Under the pieces are notes generated by a model. It was not told where the DNA came from. It ran no database searches and worked only from the letters and a program-made list of their open reading frames with translations. Shown one piece after another: positions 63,287 to 64,000 of a DNA stretch of 64,000 nt. Source of the stretch: Ostreococcus lucimarinus (taxonomy: Eukaryota). The stretch lies in assembly GCA_000092065.1 (NCBI GenBank), contig CP000583.1. The stretch is one strand, 5' to 3'. The position numbers were made by a program, and so were the translations under genes. Position 1 is the stretch's first letter. Every line of letters starts with the position of its first letter.

Positions 63287-64000
63287 TTAACTCCCTGCGT
63301 GAGCCGCGGAGGCGACGTCGTTGCCGTACGCCGCGATGTTCTCTTCCAAAGTATCCAAGAGATGTCGCGAAGCCGCGGGCATGAACGCCTCGAGAACACA
63401 AAGTGAAGGCTTCACAACCAACTTGATAAAACCTAGCTGGTTGGATTGTGTGCTAGCCGGTCCCGCCAGACTTCTGTCCATGAAGGGTTCTACTCGCATC
63501 CCGAGTTTGCGTTGGCGATCTCCCTGCTTGTAGAACTCAGCCGTGACGGCTTGCGCCCAAGCCAACGCTAGCTCGTACGGGCGGGCGGGATTACTAATAT
63601 CTGCGCAATGTAGCGCGAATGCTAACGGTACCCAAATATTTTGCCACTGTTTAATCGGTTTGATACTATTCGTTTCCTCATCTTGTTCGTCCTCGATTTC
63701 CTTCAGCATTCGCTGCGTCAGCTCGCCATGGAACTCCATGTCGGTGTACATGATCATCTTTTGTAACCACTTCTTCAAGTCCGACTGCTCGGAATCTGTA
63801 AATTTCGCTAGCACCGCGTGCTTCTTGAGCAACGAAAAAGCTGTGAACAAGTGACCATTCTCGTTGACGCTCACATCGTTCCAACGCTCCGCCTCCGCGG
63901 ATTTACAGTTGACGAGAAATGTGTTGTTGACTCCAGGATGTCCCACATCGTGAGACATGGCGGCAACAAGCATTGCAAAAGTGTGTATAGGCTCAATCTG
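63287..64000 (-). CDS. 3',5'-cyclic-nucleotide phosphodiesterase catalytic domain, 3' part. The gene continues beyond the window end.
   Basis: The PDEase_I signature is AAMSHDVGHPGVNNTFLV (HD..H..N). ...ALHCADISNPARP... also matches. The stop is only 27 bp from the convergent TYW1 stop. Confidence 0.65.
   Translation of the reverse strand, partial: QIEPIHTFAMLVAAMSHDVGHPGVNNTFLVNCKSAEAERWNDVSVNENGHLFTAFSLLKKHAVLAKFTDSEQSDLKKWLQKMIMYTDMEFHGELTQRMLKEIEDEQDEETNSIKPIKQWQNIWVPLAFALHCADISNPARPYELALAWAQAVTAEFYKQGDRQRKLGMRVEPFMDRSLAGPASTQSNQLGFIKLVVKPSLCVLEAFMPAASRHLLDTLEENIAAYGNDVASAAHAGS

Noticed and set aside
1-64000. Search for a prokaryotic defence or novel operon system, prompted by the task framing.
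   Set aside because: Spliceosomal introns, nuclear eukaryotic gene content (proteasome, CCT, cullin, ORC5, V-ATPase) and transit-peptide-bearing plastid proteins show this is a eukaryotic nuclear segment. No operon-like system is evident.

Overview
This 64-kb window is a very compact, GC-rich (about 65–70 %) eukaryotic nuclear segment, not a prokaryotic locus. I found no bacterial-style operons or defence islands, no CRISPR array, and no obvious transposon. Several genes are plastid-type and carry predicted N-terminal transit peptides (RbcX-like, THF1/Psb29, SufS, organellar EF-P, a DesD-like desaturase, an ESV1/LESV-like protein, ObgC-like). The spliceosomal introns are short (88–213 nt) with GTGCGT/GTACGC donors, a CTGAC branch point and a CAG/TAG acceptor, and some share internal motifs. 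This points to a picoprasinophyte green alga, Micromonas-like Mamiellophyceae, by inference only. I can support about 36 protein-coding genes (roughly one per 1.8 kb), mostly single-exon, arranged as tight head-to-head and tail-to-tail pairs. Start-codon spacing in the head-to-head pairs is as short as 80 bp (cullin/WRC protein) and 144 bp (NTE/PPIP5K). The supplied ORF track clearly allows GTG/TTG starts, as the sequence shows at several listed N-termini. It also cannot see introns. At least 11 genes have short 5' exons and introns that I reconstructed by hand from splice signals and protein homology: RPS6, bL28, V-ATPase G, EF-P, THF1, an esterase, a pinin-like gene, POP1, a PHD protein, CCT1, and possibly others. 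Long R/A/S-rich antisense ORFs are artefacts of GC composition. The items I consider most worth a second look are introner-like repeated intron sequences, a probable GC-AG intron in CCT1, a recurrent CACTGTTT/AAACAGTG motif in many bidirectional promoters, a tryptophan-rich ESV1/LESV-like protein, a roughly 60-bp GATC-rich satellite in one divergent promoter, and a notable concentration of tRNA processing and position-37 modification enzymes. All identifications rest on reading the translations against remembered family signatures; I ran no database search.
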